NCBI GenBank assembly: GCA_965261425.1
Contig: OZ253452.1
Span: 2,592,645 to 2,656,644, forward strand
Direction: 5' to 3'
Length of the DNA stretch: 64,000 nt
Source of the DNA: Candidatus Spongiihabitans sp.
GTDB lineage: Bacteria; Pseudomonadota; Gammaproteobacteria; Arenicellales; Poriferihabitantaceae
Shown here: positions 41,341-51,968 of the stretch, in pieces
Layout of the letters: every line of letters begins with the position of its first letter
How positions within the stretch are numbered: the first letter of the stretch is position 1
Program-made: the position numbers and the translations under genes
Notes under the pieces: model-generated
The model's input: the letters and a program-made list of their open reading frames with translations, nothing else
Told to the model about the DNA's origin: nothing
Database searches by the model: none

Positions 41341-41615
41341 AACTTCGGTGCATCCTCGTACTATTCGTACTCAGATTTTTGGTCTTGCACCAGATACTGT
41401 CCGCACTTGATGAAGTTTATGTACAAGGACGTACGGGCAAATAATTGCTCCTGCATTATTTGCACTTCCGCCATCCATGGCGGTCGTATGCCGGTTTTGC
41501 AGGAGCAAAAACCGGTAAAGCGGGTAGTAGGTGCGATACCTTATCAACAAGTTTAAAAACTTACTGGGGATTACTGCATCACTACTACCCATCCAACCGC
41601 CGTTGGATAGGGTCC
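41341..41615 (-). ncRNA. IS110 bridge RNA, copy 1 (extra 51-nt hairpin insert)
   Basis: Guides at 41566-72, 41539-46, 41392-400, 41355-60. Confidence 0.75.
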
Positions 41616-42043
41616 ATTAAAAACCACTAAACGAGTTGATAATTTACCCGATTGGGATCATACGAGGGGGATTTAGGGGGTTGGGTTTTCCACCAGCGCA
41701 ACCTAGCAAGGGATTCTTGCACAGTCTCGAAAGCAGGAATCCAGTAAAACAAGCAAACCCGCAAGGGTTTTCTACATGTAACATGCACTGGCTTATGGTT
41801 TTTTGCACAGTCTATTCAGTCGCGCAAGACCGTTGTAAGTGGTGGGACTTAATGTACAGGACACCCGGGATAAACGAGGAAATTCTCTCATTTTCGGTAA
41901 ATCTGTTTTACTCTCTGTGTCGAAAATAATCTATTGTATGCACAATCAAAATTTATGGCCCAAAAACCCAATTCCTGTTAAGATGTGCCCTTACACTAGA
42001 ATTATATTAAACAAAAAATACTCGCCAGCAAAGTTACTGGAAT

Positions 42044-43099
42044 ATGCCCATGACAAATACCGATACAAACACTGCCACCGATAACATCAAGATTTCCTGC
42101 CGACATGTGTGGCAACTTTTTGGCCCGGGGGTTAAGCGTTTTCTTGCCAAACACGATCAGAAACCTACCTTTGAACAAATCACCGAAGCCGGCATTATTG
42201 GTGCAGTGCGCGATGTTAGTTTCGATGTCCACGAAAGCGAGATATTGATGATTATGGGTTTGAGTGGTTCCGGAAAATCCACCATGCTCAGGTGCATTAC
42301 CCAATTACTGGAACCCACTGCTGGCGAGGTTTTTTTTGATGGCATTGATTTAACCCAAATTTCAGCAAAGGAATTATCTGAAATTAGGCGACATAAAATG
42401 GGCATGGTGTTTCAACATTTTGGCTTATTACCCCACCGAACCGTACTTGAAAACATCGCCTTCCCGTTAGAGATTCAAAATGTTGACAAAGAAACCCGCA
42501 TCGCCAAGGCGCGCGAACTGATTGAGATTGTCGGCTTGAGCGGTAGAGAAAGTTATTTCCCGCGTGAATTGTCCGGCGGTCAGCAACAGCGAGTCGGCAT
42601 TGGTCGTAGTCTATCGGTTGAGCCTGATGTCTGGTTTCTTGACGAACCATTTTCCGCGCTTGATCCGCTCATCCGCAAAGAAATGCAAGATGAATTCATG
42701 CGCCTGCAATCACAGCTTAACAAGTCGATTGTCTTCGTTACCCATGATTTTGATGAGGCGGTACGTCTTGGTGACCGCATTGCAATTATGAAAGACGGGC
42801 TACTGGTGCAAATTGGCAGTGCCGAGGAATTGGTTACCGAGCCGGCAGATGATTACGTCAAAGCCTTTGTCGAAAACGCTCCGAAAGCCAAATTAATTTC
42901 CGTAGGAAAAATAATGACTGCTACCAATGGCGCAACCGTTGATACAGACAGCACCGTTGAACCGATAAAAAGCCATGCCGTTCTGGAGGACGTAGCACAA
43001 CGAATTATGCTATCCGAAAAAGATCTGCCGGTCGCCAACAAACAAGGCGAAATTATTGGTTCAGTCAATAAGGAAACTTTGGTTAAAGTTTTATTTTAG
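42044..43099 (+). CDS. Betaine/TMAO ABC ATP-binding protein (TmoW/ProV-like)
   Basis: GLSGSGKST, LSGGQQQR, DEPFSALDP. Confidence 0.92.
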   Translation: MPMTNTDTNTATDNIKISCRHVWQLFGPGVKRFLAKHDQKPTFEQITEAGIIGAVRDVSFDVHESEILMIMGLSGSGKSTMLRCITQLLEPTAGEVFFDGIDLTQISAKELSEIRRHKMGMVFQHFGLLPHRTVLENIAFPLEIQNVDKETRIAKARELIEIVGLSGRESYFPRELSGGQQQRVGIGRSLSVEPDVWFLDEPFSALDPLIRKEMQDEFMRLQSQLNKSIVFVTHDFDEAVRLGDRIAIMKDGLLVQIGSAEELVTEPADDYVKAFVENAPKAKLISVGKIMTATNGATVDTDSTVEPIKSHAVLEDVAQRIMLSEKDLPVANKQGEIIGSVNKETLVKVLF

Positions 43100-43184
43100 G
43101 TAAACGAGTTGTCAGTTTGCAGTTGTCAGTGGGCAGTTACTAAAACTGATAACTGCAAACTGATCACTGACTCATAAATCAAAC

Positions 43185-45179
43185 ATGAAAATGCAACCAA
43201 CAGACATTGAACATAACCCTGCGCTAGCGCGTAAACGCTCGTTAATGCATGTTGCGATTGCGGTTGCAATCATCGTCTCTGGTTTGCTCGCAAAAAGCCA
43301 GTTCGACTGGATTGTAAAATATCCAAAGAAATGGGTAATTCCATTGAAAGTCTGGATTACCGACTTTTTTGAGTGGTTGGTCTATGGGGTCAAGTTTTTT
43401 GAAGGAACCAGTTACCAGTTTGTCCCAACGGACATTACCCGTGGCATGATCAAAATATTCGAGTATCAGGTTTCTTTCGCCGAGGGGCTGTTTTTCAACG
43501 GTTTCAGAGTCGGCATTGAGCCACTGCCGTGGATTACGGTGGTCGGATTGATGTTTATTCTTGGGCATTGGGTCGCGGGTTGGCGCATATCCTTGATAGC
43601 CGGAGGATCGTTTTTATACCTCTCGTTGTTTAGTGTCTGGAAGCCGTCTATGGACACTTTCTCGCTGGTATTGATTACCGTGCCTTTCGTTTTTACGGTC
43701 GGATTGGTGCTGGCAATCTGGGTAGCAAAAAGTGCGCGGGCAGAAAAAATTCTAACCCCGATGTTTGATTTGATGCAGGCGATGCCGCCTTTCGCATATA
43801 TGGTTCCCATTGTCGTGCTGTTTGGTATTGGCGATGTGCCGGCAATGCTTGCCGTAGCAGTATTTGCCGTGCCACCAGTTGCACGTTGTATCGCCCTAGG
43901 ACTTAAAACGGTTCCGAGTGAAGTGATTGAAGCGGGCGAAATGACCGGTTGTACAGAGCGGCAAATGCTCTGGAAAGTGAAAGTGCCGACCTCCCGAGAA
44001 ACTGTGTTGGTTGGTCTTAATCAGGGCATCATGCAGACGCTGGCGATGATTGTATTAGCGTCACTCATCGGTGCGTCCGGGCTGGGGAATAAACTATTAA
44101 CCTCACTCCAAACATTGCGGCTGGGACAGGCATTGGAGCAAGGTGTCGCCATAGTCGTCATCGCGGTCGCGCTGGATCGATTGAGTCAGGCGTATGCCCA
44201 CAAACCACCGATTTATATTGACAAGTCCTTACCGTGGCTAAAGAAACATAACTATCTGGCATTTGCTCTGTTATTTACCATCGGCTCTATTGTGCTTGCT
44301 TGGTTTATTCCGGCACTGCGTGTGTTGCCGCAAGAATTAACCATCACCACTGCCCCGTTGTGGGATGCAGGTATTGATTGGGTACTCGATAATTTTTATG
44401 AATCGGTGCAAGGATTCCGAAATTTTGTTTTGATAGACATTCTGATACCGATTAAAAAATTCTTTCTGGCAATCCCCTGGCCCACTTTCATCGGTCTCAT
44501 CATCCTGCTCGGCTATCGCATGGGTGGCTGGCGACTCGCCATTTTGGTCGGTTCGTTGATGACCTTTCCGCTGCTTATGGGGCTTTGGAAAGAGACCATG
44601 ATAACGATTTACATGATTGGAACTGCGGCAGTGGTGTGTATTATTGTCGGTTTCCCGATTGGTCTCCTCGCTGCCAAAAACGAGCGAATGTCGAAGGCGA
44701 TTATTTTGATGTGTGATTTCTTTCAGACTTTTCCGTCATTCATCTATTTGATTCCGGTCATCATGCTGTTCAAGGTCAGCGATATTTCGGCGATTATTGC
44801 AGTCCTCGCTTTTGCGCTGGTGCCGATGATTCGATACACCAATCTTGGATTCCGTAACGTTCCTTTTCAAACCCGTGAAGCGGCGATTCAACAGGGCGCG
44901 TCTCCGTGGCAACGATTGATAAAAGTCGAACTGCCCATCGCGTCACCCGAAATCATGCTGGGCATCAATCAGGTCATTTTCATGGCGTTGTTCATGGTCG
45001 CAATCACTGCCTTGATTGGGACGCAGGATTTGGGTTCGGAAATCAACCGCGCCCGCACCGGCAACAAAACCGGCAGAGCATTGGTTGCTGGCTTATGTAT
45101 CGCCTTCTTGGGCATCACCGCAGACCGTATTATCAGCGCGTGGAGCAAACGCCGTAAAGAAAAACTGGGGTCATCCTAA
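43185..45179 (+). CDS. Tandem-fused ABC permease (TmoV/ProW-like)
   Basis: Two EAA-loop permease domains. Confidence 0.9.
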   Translation: MKMQPTDIEHNPALARKRSLMHVAIAVAIIVSGLLAKSQFDWIVKYPKKWVIPLKVWITDFFEWLVYGVKFFEGTSYQFVPTDITRGMIKIFEYQVSFAEGLFFNGFRVGIEPLPWITVVGLMFILGHWVAGWRISLIAGGSFLYLSLFSVWKPSMDTFSLVLITVPFVFTVGLVLAIWVAKSARAEKILTPMFDLMQAMPPFAYMVPIVVLFGIGDVPAMLAVAVFAVPPVARCIALGLKTVPSEVIEAGEMTGCTERQMLWKVKVPTSRETVLVGLNQGIMQTLAMIVLASLIGASGLGNKLLTSLQTLRLGQALEQGVAIVVIAVALDRLSQAYAHKPPIYIDKSLPWLKKHNYLAFALLFTIGSIVLAWFIPALRVLPQELTITTAPLWDAGIDWVLDNFYESVQGFRNFVLIDILIPIKKFFLAIPWPTFIGLIILLGYRMGGWRLAILVGSLMTFPLLMGLWKETMITIYMIGTAAVVCIIVGFPIGLLAAKNERMSKAIILMCDFFQTFPSFIYLIPVIMLFKVSDISAIIAVLAFALVPMIRYTNLGFRNVPFQTREAAIQQGASPWQRLIKVELPIASPEIMLGINQVIFMALFMVAITALIGTQDLGSEINRARTGNKTGRALVAGLCIAFLGITADRIISAWSKRRKEKLGSS

Positions 45180-45218
45180 TTTGGCCGCCCTATTACCCCT
45201 CATAACTCAAATACCAAC

Positions 45219-45662
45219 ATGATAAAAACAATTCTTGTGGCTACAGACGGCTCTGCCTCGTCAAATCGAGCGGTTGACCTAGCTGCTAAAATGGCGAAAA
45301 TTCACAATGCTTCGCTACATGCTATCAACGTGATTCGGCAAATACAAATACCGCCAGAGATGCAAAATATGGCGCGTGTTGAAAGTCTCGGAGAAACCCG
45401 CCTCAACGTGTTGGAGTTTATTGCGAATCAGATACTGGATAATGTGGCAACGCGGATTAAATCCAATGGCGCGACCCTCTCAAAAAGAGCCATTGGACAT
45501 GCCGACCCGGCAACATCAATTTCCGAATATGCAAAAAAACACAATATTGATTTGGTCGTCATCGGCACCCGCGGACTGAGCAAGGTAAAGGCTTTGTTGA
45601 TGGGTAGCGTCTCGCGCAAAGTTGCCGAAGTCTGCGAGTCGAACTGCCTCATCGTGCGATAA
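45219..45662 (+). CDS. Universal stress protein
   Basis: ILVATDGS, G.RG....LMGSVS. Confidence 0.93.
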   Translation: MIKTILVATDGSASSNRAVDLAAKMAKIHNASLHAINVIRQIQIPPEMQNMARVESLGETRLNVLEFIANQILDNVATRIKSNGATLSKRAIGHADPATSISEYAKKHNIDLVVIGTRGLSKVKALLMGSVSRKVAEVCESNCLIVR

Positions 45663-46406
45663 TCATGTAGCACAAATCTGTAAATATCGAGCAACCACTT
45701 TTTTCATACCACGATCGAGACATTCAACGGTCAGCGCATGACCGATGGAGACTTCCAAAATTCCCGCTATTTCCAAAAAACGACCTAGATTGTCGAGGTC
45801 TAAATCATGCCCGCCATTCACACCCAACCCTAACGACTGCGCGTAAGCGGTCGCTTCCTTGTACTGGTTGAATACCTGCGCCGCCTTTTCTGCATCCAAT
45901 CCAGCTTGAAGGAACGTGCTGGCAAATTGCTCGGTATATAATTCAATGCGATCACAGCCAACCGCGGCGGCGGCTTTAATTTGCTGGCGATTCGGATCAA
46001 GGAAAAGCGAGCTGCGAATACCAGCGGCTTTTAAGCGTTTCAACGCGGGCAGTAAAATTTCATGAGAATCAGCAACCTCCCAACCATGATCCGAGGTCAG
46101 TTGATTGGCATCATCTGGAACCAAAGTGCATTGATGTGGCATAGTTTGGTCAATCAGTGCGAGAAAATCTTCCGCTGGATAGCCTTCAATATTCAATTCT
46201 GCATCAGGATGATTTTTCAGCAGTTTTGCCAAGTCATACGCATCCGATCGCCTGGCGTGACGCTCATCTGGACGCGGGTGAATGGTAATGCCTTGCACCC
46301 CGAGTTCTAGAAACTTGTTGGCATAGGCAACCACATTGGGATAATCCCGCCCACGAGAATTCCTCAGCAAAGCAATTTTATTGAGGTTGATACTTAAATT
46401 TGTCAC
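45663..46406 (-). CDS. pdxJ: Pyridoxine 5'-phosphate synthase
   Basis: HPRPDERH, NIEG, TSDHGW, EVSIGHA. Confidence 0.96.
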   Translation of the reverse strand: MTNLSINLNKIALLRNSRGRDYPNVVAYANKFLELGVQGITIHPRPDERHARRSDAYDLAKLLKNHPDAELNIEGYPAEDFLALIDQTMPHQCTLVPDDANQLTSDHGWEVADSHEILLPALKRLKAAGIRSSLFLDPNRQQIKAAAAVGCDRIELYTEQFASTFLQAGLDAEKAAQVFNQYKEATAYAQSLGLGVNGGHDLDLDNLGRFLEIAGILEVSIGHALTVECLDRGMKKVVARYLQICAT

Positions 46407-46975
46407 CGCGCTACCGTCGTTTCAAAGTGAGAGGAATCCCAGTTTGGGGTAAACCCAATCATCCGCACCTGCCCAGGCATTGAAGGATTAAAAAGAGAAT
46501 TATGCCAATAGGTTGCCTGATACTTTTGCTCATCCACATCGATGGCACGAGCGGAGCAGTTGAGCCGATAGATTTGATTGCCCTGATCGAAATGAAGCAC
46601 ACATTGTTTAATGTCGATAATTTGTTTTGCCAATTCACTGGTCATGGAAAATACTGCCGTCATCTCTTCATCAAACTCATCGGGTATTTGGTAATAGTAT
46701 TCAGATAGCAGATTTATCGCGCCCTCGTACCTTGCCTGATGATCATGCGTTTTCTGCCCCATAAATAGAAATTCACGAGTAATATCCTCGCTATCCGTTT
46801 TAACGATTTGCACAGAAACCACTCCGATATTTTGACCTGAAATTTCTAATTCAGGACGCATTGCGGATGATGGCAACCCCTCATTTTTACGCACAGAATA
46901 CTGCCTGATGCGGCATTGCCATGAAATAAATTGCGCTCGAAGATCTTGTGGGCTGAGTTGATTGAGTTGATTCAT
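46403..46975 (-). CDS. Hypothetical protein
   Basis: 190-aa ORF overlapping pdxJ start. Confidence 0.7.
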   Translation of the reverse strand: MNQLNQLSPQDLRAQFISWQCRIRQYSVRKNEGLPSSAMRPELEISGQNIGVVSVQIVKTDSEDITREFLFMGQKTHDHQARYEGAINLLSEYYYQIPDEFDEEMTAVFSMTSELAKQIIDIKQCVLHFDQGNQIYRLNCSARAIDVDEQKYQATYWHNSLFNPSMPGQVRMIGFTPNWDSSHFETTVAR

Positions 46976-47323
46976 TATTCTGATTTATGATTAAAATAAC
47001 TGTTTAGAACCACGAAAAACACCGCCTTTCGTGGTCATCATTCTTTGTGATATTATACTTCCTTTCAATGTAGTTATTAGCGTGAGGCCTTTGTATAATT
47101 GTTGAAAGTGTGGCGAGACTGCACAAGAACCTTGGTCGCGCTCCATGAGGAAAACCCTTGCGGGTTTGTTTGTTTTACTGGATTCCTGCTCCCCGCCTAC
47201 GCGGGAACTGTGTATATTCAATGCAATTATTGTTTGCATACAAGCGATGTCCTGTATAAGTTCAGAAACATATTGCACTATGATGAGGGTAATTAGAGAC
47301 CACTTTATCGTACTGATGATTGT

Positions 47324-47572
47324 ATGACAACTAGAATTCTTACTGAGGTAACGACCAGCATAAGTGAGCTTAAAGCAAACCCCATGAAGGTCGCTTTAAG
47401 TGCGGATGGGGAACCTGTTGCGGTGTTGAAGCGGAATAAGCCCGCATTTTATTGCATACCCGCCAAAACCTATGAATCGCTTATGGATTATATTGAAGAC
47501 CGAGACATAATGGCTATTGCCGAAGTGCGTAAAAATGAAGAAAACATCAAAATTGACATAAATGACCTATGA
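47324..47572 (+). CDS. Phd/YefM (StbD-like) antitoxin
   Basis: SISELKANPM..PVAVL.RNKPAFY. Confidence 0.9.
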   Translation: MTTRILTEVTTSISELKANPMKVALSADGEPVAVLKRNKPAFYCIPAKTYESLMDYIEDRDIMAIAEVRKNEENIKIDINDL

Positions 47573-47651
47573 TCTTGAATTTAAAAGGTCTGCGCTGAAA
47601 GAATGGAATAAACTTGACGCAAGACGACCCGTTTTAACAACCTCATCATAA
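47562..47651 (+). pseudogene. Truncated RelE/StbE toxin
   Basis: MTYDLEFKRSALKEWNKLD, then sequence departs and stops at 29 aa. Confidence 0.8.
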
Positions 47652-47657
47652 GGGCGA

Positions 47658-48218
47658 CTAATGCGATATATCAACTCGTTTAGCCACCTGCAACAAGGTT
47701 ATAAACAGAATTCGCAAATCAAACCAAAATGACTGGCGTTGCAAATACACAATATCGAGCGCGACTTTCTGTTCAATCGATAGATTATCCCTACCATTCA
47801 CTTGTGCCCAACCGGTCAGCCCGGGAATCAACCGATCAACACCGTTTGCTGTACGCAGCGCAATCAAATCATCCTGATCGGTGGCAGCCGGACGAGGACC
47901 AACAAAACTCATATCACCTTTTAGAATCGAAAATATCTGTGGCAATTCATCGAAACTGAAACAGCGAATAAATCCGCCAATGGGCAACAGATAAGCATCC
48001 GGATCAGTTATTTTATGACTCGCTACCACTGGCGTATCTACCCGCATAGAACGGAACTTGGGCATCTCGAAGATGACGTTACCGCGCCCAACCCGATCCG
48101 ACCAATACAGCACGGAACCTTTTGAGGTTAGACCCACGGCAATAGCAACCAACAGCATGGGTATTGCCAATAAAGCAATCAACACAATTCCCATCATCAA
48201 GTCAAAAAGACGTTTCAT
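47658..48218 (-). CDS. Monotopic phosphoglycosyl (initiating sugar) transferase
   Basis: KRLFD, KFRSM, DELPQ, GDMSFVGPRP, PGLTGWAQVNGR. Confidence 0.93.
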   Translation of the reverse strand: MKRLFDLMMGIVLIALLAIPMLLVAIAVGLTSKGSVLYWSDRVGRGNVIFEMPKFRSMRVDTPVVASHKITDPDAYLLPIGGFIRCFSFDELPQIFSILKGDMSFVGPRPAATDQDDLIALRTANGVDRLIPGLTGWAQVNGRDNLSIEQKVALDIVYLQRQSFWFDLRILFITLLQVAKRVDISH

Positions 48219-48599
48219 TCATCTCTCTCAATGAGCGTCTCGCATTGAAACCAATAGCGTGTAATTTCTTTGAACAGCAACACTCATCCCCCAGTAATTT
48301 ATTCACCTTGTATTTTATTCGATCACTCGCAGACGCAACAACATCAAACAGCCGTTCAGCCCGTTGGCTGCCGCGATGCGAGTATCACAAACTGAAAATC
48401 ATTGCCGTATTTATTCCGCATTCACCCAAAAATGATAATATCGACCCACTAACCCGCCTAGAGCATCAAGTTAGAGGTTGTACTAACAACTGTGATTACC
48501 ATTAACCCAAACACGGACGGATTGGACTATGAACAAGCAAGCACTGCAAGAGTATCAAACATCGTTATTGACATAGCTTGAATTTCAAGTGCGCAGACG

Positions 48600-49068
48600 T
48601 TACCCCATAAATTTAAAAACAGTCATCAAGGTCGCCAAGATGCCCACCATAAGCAGCATCCGCATAGTGAGTCTTGTTTCCATCTCCGCCATGTCGGCTT
48701 TCAGCTCGGCTTTGGTGACCATGTCGGTTTTCAGCTCGGCGAGGTCGGTTTTCAGCTCGGTTTTCAGCTCGGCGAGGTCTGCTTTGGTGGCCATGTCGGC
48801 TTTCAGCTCGGCGAGGTCGGTTTTCAGTTCGGTCTTCAGCTCGGCGAGGTCGGCTTTCAGCTCGGCGAGGTCGGTTTTCAGTTCGGTCTTCAGCTCGGCG
48901 AGGTCGGTTTTCAGCTCGGCGAGGCCGGTTTTGGTGGCGACCGCGCTCAACAAATGATGGGTCAGGAAATCCGCCTGTGCAATAGCATGGGCTTCCGCCT
49001 GAGCAGATGGAACACCTGCTTCCTGCAAGCGTTTGGAATAAGCGAGGGTGTCAAAGGCAAGCATGTTC
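48600..49068 (-). CDS. DUF1640/CCDC90-like coiled-coil protein with expanded repeats
   Basis: FDTLAYSKRL..AG...QAEA, ATKADL repeats, C-terminal TM. Confidence 0.85.
48690..48935 (-). repeat. Coding tandem repeat (DLAELK[T/A], ELKT units; 21/33-bp periods)
   Basis: TTTCAGCTCGGCGAGGTCGG repeated. Confidence 0.9.
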
Positions 49069-49296
49069 ATAGCGGGAGTGTACCACTTAATACCCAAAAA
49101 ATACTGTTATTTATGGTGCCTCTGCAGGAAAACCATTGCACTCCGAGACGGCGTTGAAAACCTACTCAATCGGTCATTTATAGCTATAAATTCCCATTCC
49201 GTGCGTTTTTACCTTGCCTGACGGCGAAATCATTTGCCGTACAAATGTCTCTATATGTATCTCTCAATTTATTTCTGCCGACAACCAAAACGTGTT

Positions 49297-50436
49297 TCAA
49301 CCGTTGACCGGCCCGCTCATCTCATCGTATATGCGCAGATGCGTTGCCACAACATCATCAATATCAAATAGCCGTTCAGCTCGTTGCCGACCTGCCTTGC
49401 CCATGGCTTTGCAACGCACTGGGTCTTGTAACAATGACTTAATCGCAGCTGTTAAAGCATCGACATCGCGCACTGGCACCAACAAGCCGGTGACATCGGC
49501 TTCAATCGCATCGTGACACCCGGGCGCGTCAGTTGTTACCACAGCCCGCCCACTGGCTGCCGCCTCAATCAGTACTCTCGGCAAGCCTTCACGGTAAGAG
49601 GGTAATACCACGATACTCGAAGTGGCAAAAAGTGTGGGAATATCATCACGATACCCCAATGTCTCAACATTTCCTTGTGCTTTAATCTGCGCCATCTCAT
49701 CATCTGTCATAGACTCTGGATTATTCGGGTCAATCTCCCCGGCCAATAAAAACCGCGCCACAATGCCTTGTTGTTTGATGTTGCAGGCAGCTTCCGCAAA
49801 CTCACCAACCCCCTTATCTCGCAACAATCGAGCCGCCATAATGACAATGGGTGGCTTATTCGGTTCTGTATTTGGGAAATATTGCTCAAAATCCACGCCC
49901 GAACCGGGGATTAACACGGTTTTCTCGGTAGCCAAGTATCCTGAATCTGAAAAAGTATCACGATCATCCGAATTTTGGAAAATCACTCGTAAATTTCTTT
50001 TCCCAAACGCCAGCCGATAAAGACGCTTGACCGCCTGCCGAATCAAAGTCGCCTTCAAACCCTTTGCAACAAACACAAAACCAAGACCGGGGACAGCCGC
50101 TACCACCCCGGGCACGCCGGCAAAACGTGCCGCCAAGTCGCCATATAGCACTGGCTTAATGGTTACCAAATGGGTCAAATCTGGCTTCAACTTGCGGAAC
50201 AATTTATAAATCGCAAAAAAAGCAAATAGTTCTTTTAGTGGATTCATACCACTGCGAGTTAGCGGCAACTCGTGGTGAACAAACCCTAGCGCAACAATCC
50301 CATTGACCGCATCGCCTGCCATGGTGGCCACATGAACATCATAGCCGGCCTGTTTTGCAGCAACCGCCACCGGTAAGCGGTGAGAAAGAAAGTATGCCGG
50401 GCAATTAACCACAAAAAGAAGTCGTTTAGTCATCAA
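49297..50436 (-). CDS. GT4 glycosyltransferase
   Basis: SHRLP, RLLRDKG, PSYREGLPR..EA. Confidence 0.93.
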   Translation of the reverse strand: MMTKRLLFVVNCPAYFLSHRLPVAVAAKQAGYDVHVATMAGDAVNGIVALGFVHHELPLTRSGMNPLKELFAFFAIYKLFRKLKPDLTHLVTIKPVLYGDLAARFAGVPGVVAAVPGLGFVFVAKGLKATLIRQAVKRLYRLAFGKRNLRVIFQNSDDRDTFSDSGYLATEKTVLIPGSGVDFEQYFPNTEPNKPPIVIMAARLLRDKGVGEFAEAACNIKQQGIVARFLLAGEIDPNNPESMTDDEMAQIKAQGNVETLGYRDDIPTLFATSSIVVLPSYREGLPRVLIEAAASGRAVVTTDAPGCHDAIEADVTGLLVPVRDVDALTAAIKSLLQDPVRCKAMGKAGRQRAERLFDIDDVVATHLRIYDEMSGPVNG

Positions 50437-50699
50437 TAAGGATTCGTGCGGGTGAGTTTTGCTCTGCTTTTAGTGTAGCATTGAAAATTGAAAATGAGAA
50501 TTGAAATTGCCCACTAACTAACAACCGTCTCTGGATATTATTCATTGAAAACTCGGCTTTACTGAGAAACCTGTGTAGATAATTGACTTATTGTTATAAT
50601 ACGAGGGCGAATGATGATTCGCCCTACTGCCCACGATAACAGCTAACTTAAAATGTTAATATCCGTATAAACCACGATAAAAACATCGCCATTCAAAAA

Positions 50700-51968
50700 A
50701 TGAAAAACATGAAAATAGCCGTCATTGGGCTGGGTTATGTTGGTTTGCCGCTGGCTGTGGAATTTGCCAAGAAACGCGAAGTGATTGGTTTTGACATCAA
50801 TCACGCCAGAATTGCCGAATTAAAAAGCGGCAATGACAATACACTTGAGACAACACCACAAGAATTAAAAGATGCCATTTATCTAAGTTATAGTACTCGT
50901 TTAGATGACATTAAAGATTGTGGTATTTATATTGTTACGGTGCCAACCCCGATCGATAAACATAATAATCCAGATTTAACCCCGCTTAAAAAAGCCAGTG
51001 AGACAGTGGGTTCGGTGCTGAACAAGGGAGATATTGTCATTTATGAATCGACCGTCTATCCGGGTGCCACTGAGGAGGTGTGCGTTCCACTGCTTGAACA
51101 ATGTTCCGGCTTGAAATTTAATCAGGATTTTTATTGTGGCTATTCGCCCGAGCGTGTCAATCCGGGTGATAAAGCACATCGGATTACCACGATTAAAAAA
51201 GTTACCGCCGGTTCCACCCGCGAAATAGCAACACAAGTCGATGAACTGTATAAAGAAATTATTACCGCTGGTACGCACAAAGCCATTAGCATCAAAGTAG
51301 CCGAAGCCGCCAAGGTGATTGAAAATACCCAGCGCGATGTCAATATTGCACTGATTAACGAGCTTGCGCTTATCTGCAATAAACTTGATATTGATACTCA
51401 AGCGGTGCTTGAAGCGGCCGGGACAAAATGGAATTTTCTGCCCTTTCGGCCGGGTTTGGTCGGCGGGCATTGCATTGGTGTTGACCCCTATTACCTAACC
51501 CACAAAGCCATTGAAGTCGGTTATCATCCAGAGATGATCCTTGCCGGTCGCCGCTTAAATGGCAGTATGGGCGTTTATATTGCGGAACAGGTCGCTAAGG
51601 TGATGACTAAAAAACGCATTCACGTTGTCGATGCGCATATTTTGGTAATGGGCTTAACATTCAAGGAAAATTGCCCGGATTTGCGTAATACGGGCATAAT
51701 CAATCTGATTCATGCGTTCGCCGATTTTAATTGTCATGTGGATGTGTATGATCCGTGGGTGGATAAAGCGGCGGCAAAGCATGAATATGGAATTACGCCC
51801 ATAGATTGCCCGATTAACGGCAAATATGATGCCATTCTGCTCGCCGTTGCACACGATGAATTCAAACGGTTATCAGCACAACAAATCCGGGCTTTCGGCA
51901 AACAGAATCATGTTTTGTATGATATTAAATATCTATTACAAGCCAATGAAGTGGATGGGCGATTGTGA
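50700..51968 (+). CDS. tviB: UDP-N-acetylhexosamine C-6 dehydrogenase (TviB/WbpA-type)
   Basis: [31 protein letters not shown]. Confidence 0.9.
   Translation: MKNMKIAVIGLGYVGLPLAVEFAKKREVIGFDINHARIAELKSGNDNTLETTPQELKDAIYLSYSTRLDDIKDCGIYIVTVPTPIDKHNNPDLTPLKKASETVGSVLNKGDIVIYESTVYPGATEEVCVPLLEQCSGLKFNQDFYCGYSPERVNPGDKAHRITTIKKVTAGSTREIATQVDELYKEIITAGTHKAISIKVAEAAKVIENTQRDVNIALINELALICNKLDIDTQAVLEAAGTKWNFLPFRPGLVGGHCIGVDPYYLTHKAIEVGYHPEMILAGRRLNGSMGVYIAEQVAKVMTKKRIHVVDAHILVMGLTFKENCPDLRNTGIINLIHAFADFNCHVDVYDPWVDKAAAKHEYGITPIDCPINGKYDAILLAVAHDEFKRLSAQQIRAFGKQNHVLYDIKYLLQANEVDGRL

Larger units (their letters stand above)
40216..41666 (-). mobile_element. IS110-family (IS621-like) element, copy 1, transposase frameshifted
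   Basis: Same ends as copy 2; AG (CT on coding strand) core at both junctions. Confidence 0.92.
40128..41728. mobile_element. MITE (GAGACTGTGCAA ends) carrying C/G-run REPs, interrupted by IS110
   Basis: GAGACTGTGCAA ... TTGCACAGTCTC. Confidence 0.7.

Noticed and set aside
48690-48935. Possible CRISPR array
   Set aside because: No unique spacers; in-frame coiled-coil repeat; no cas genes in the window.
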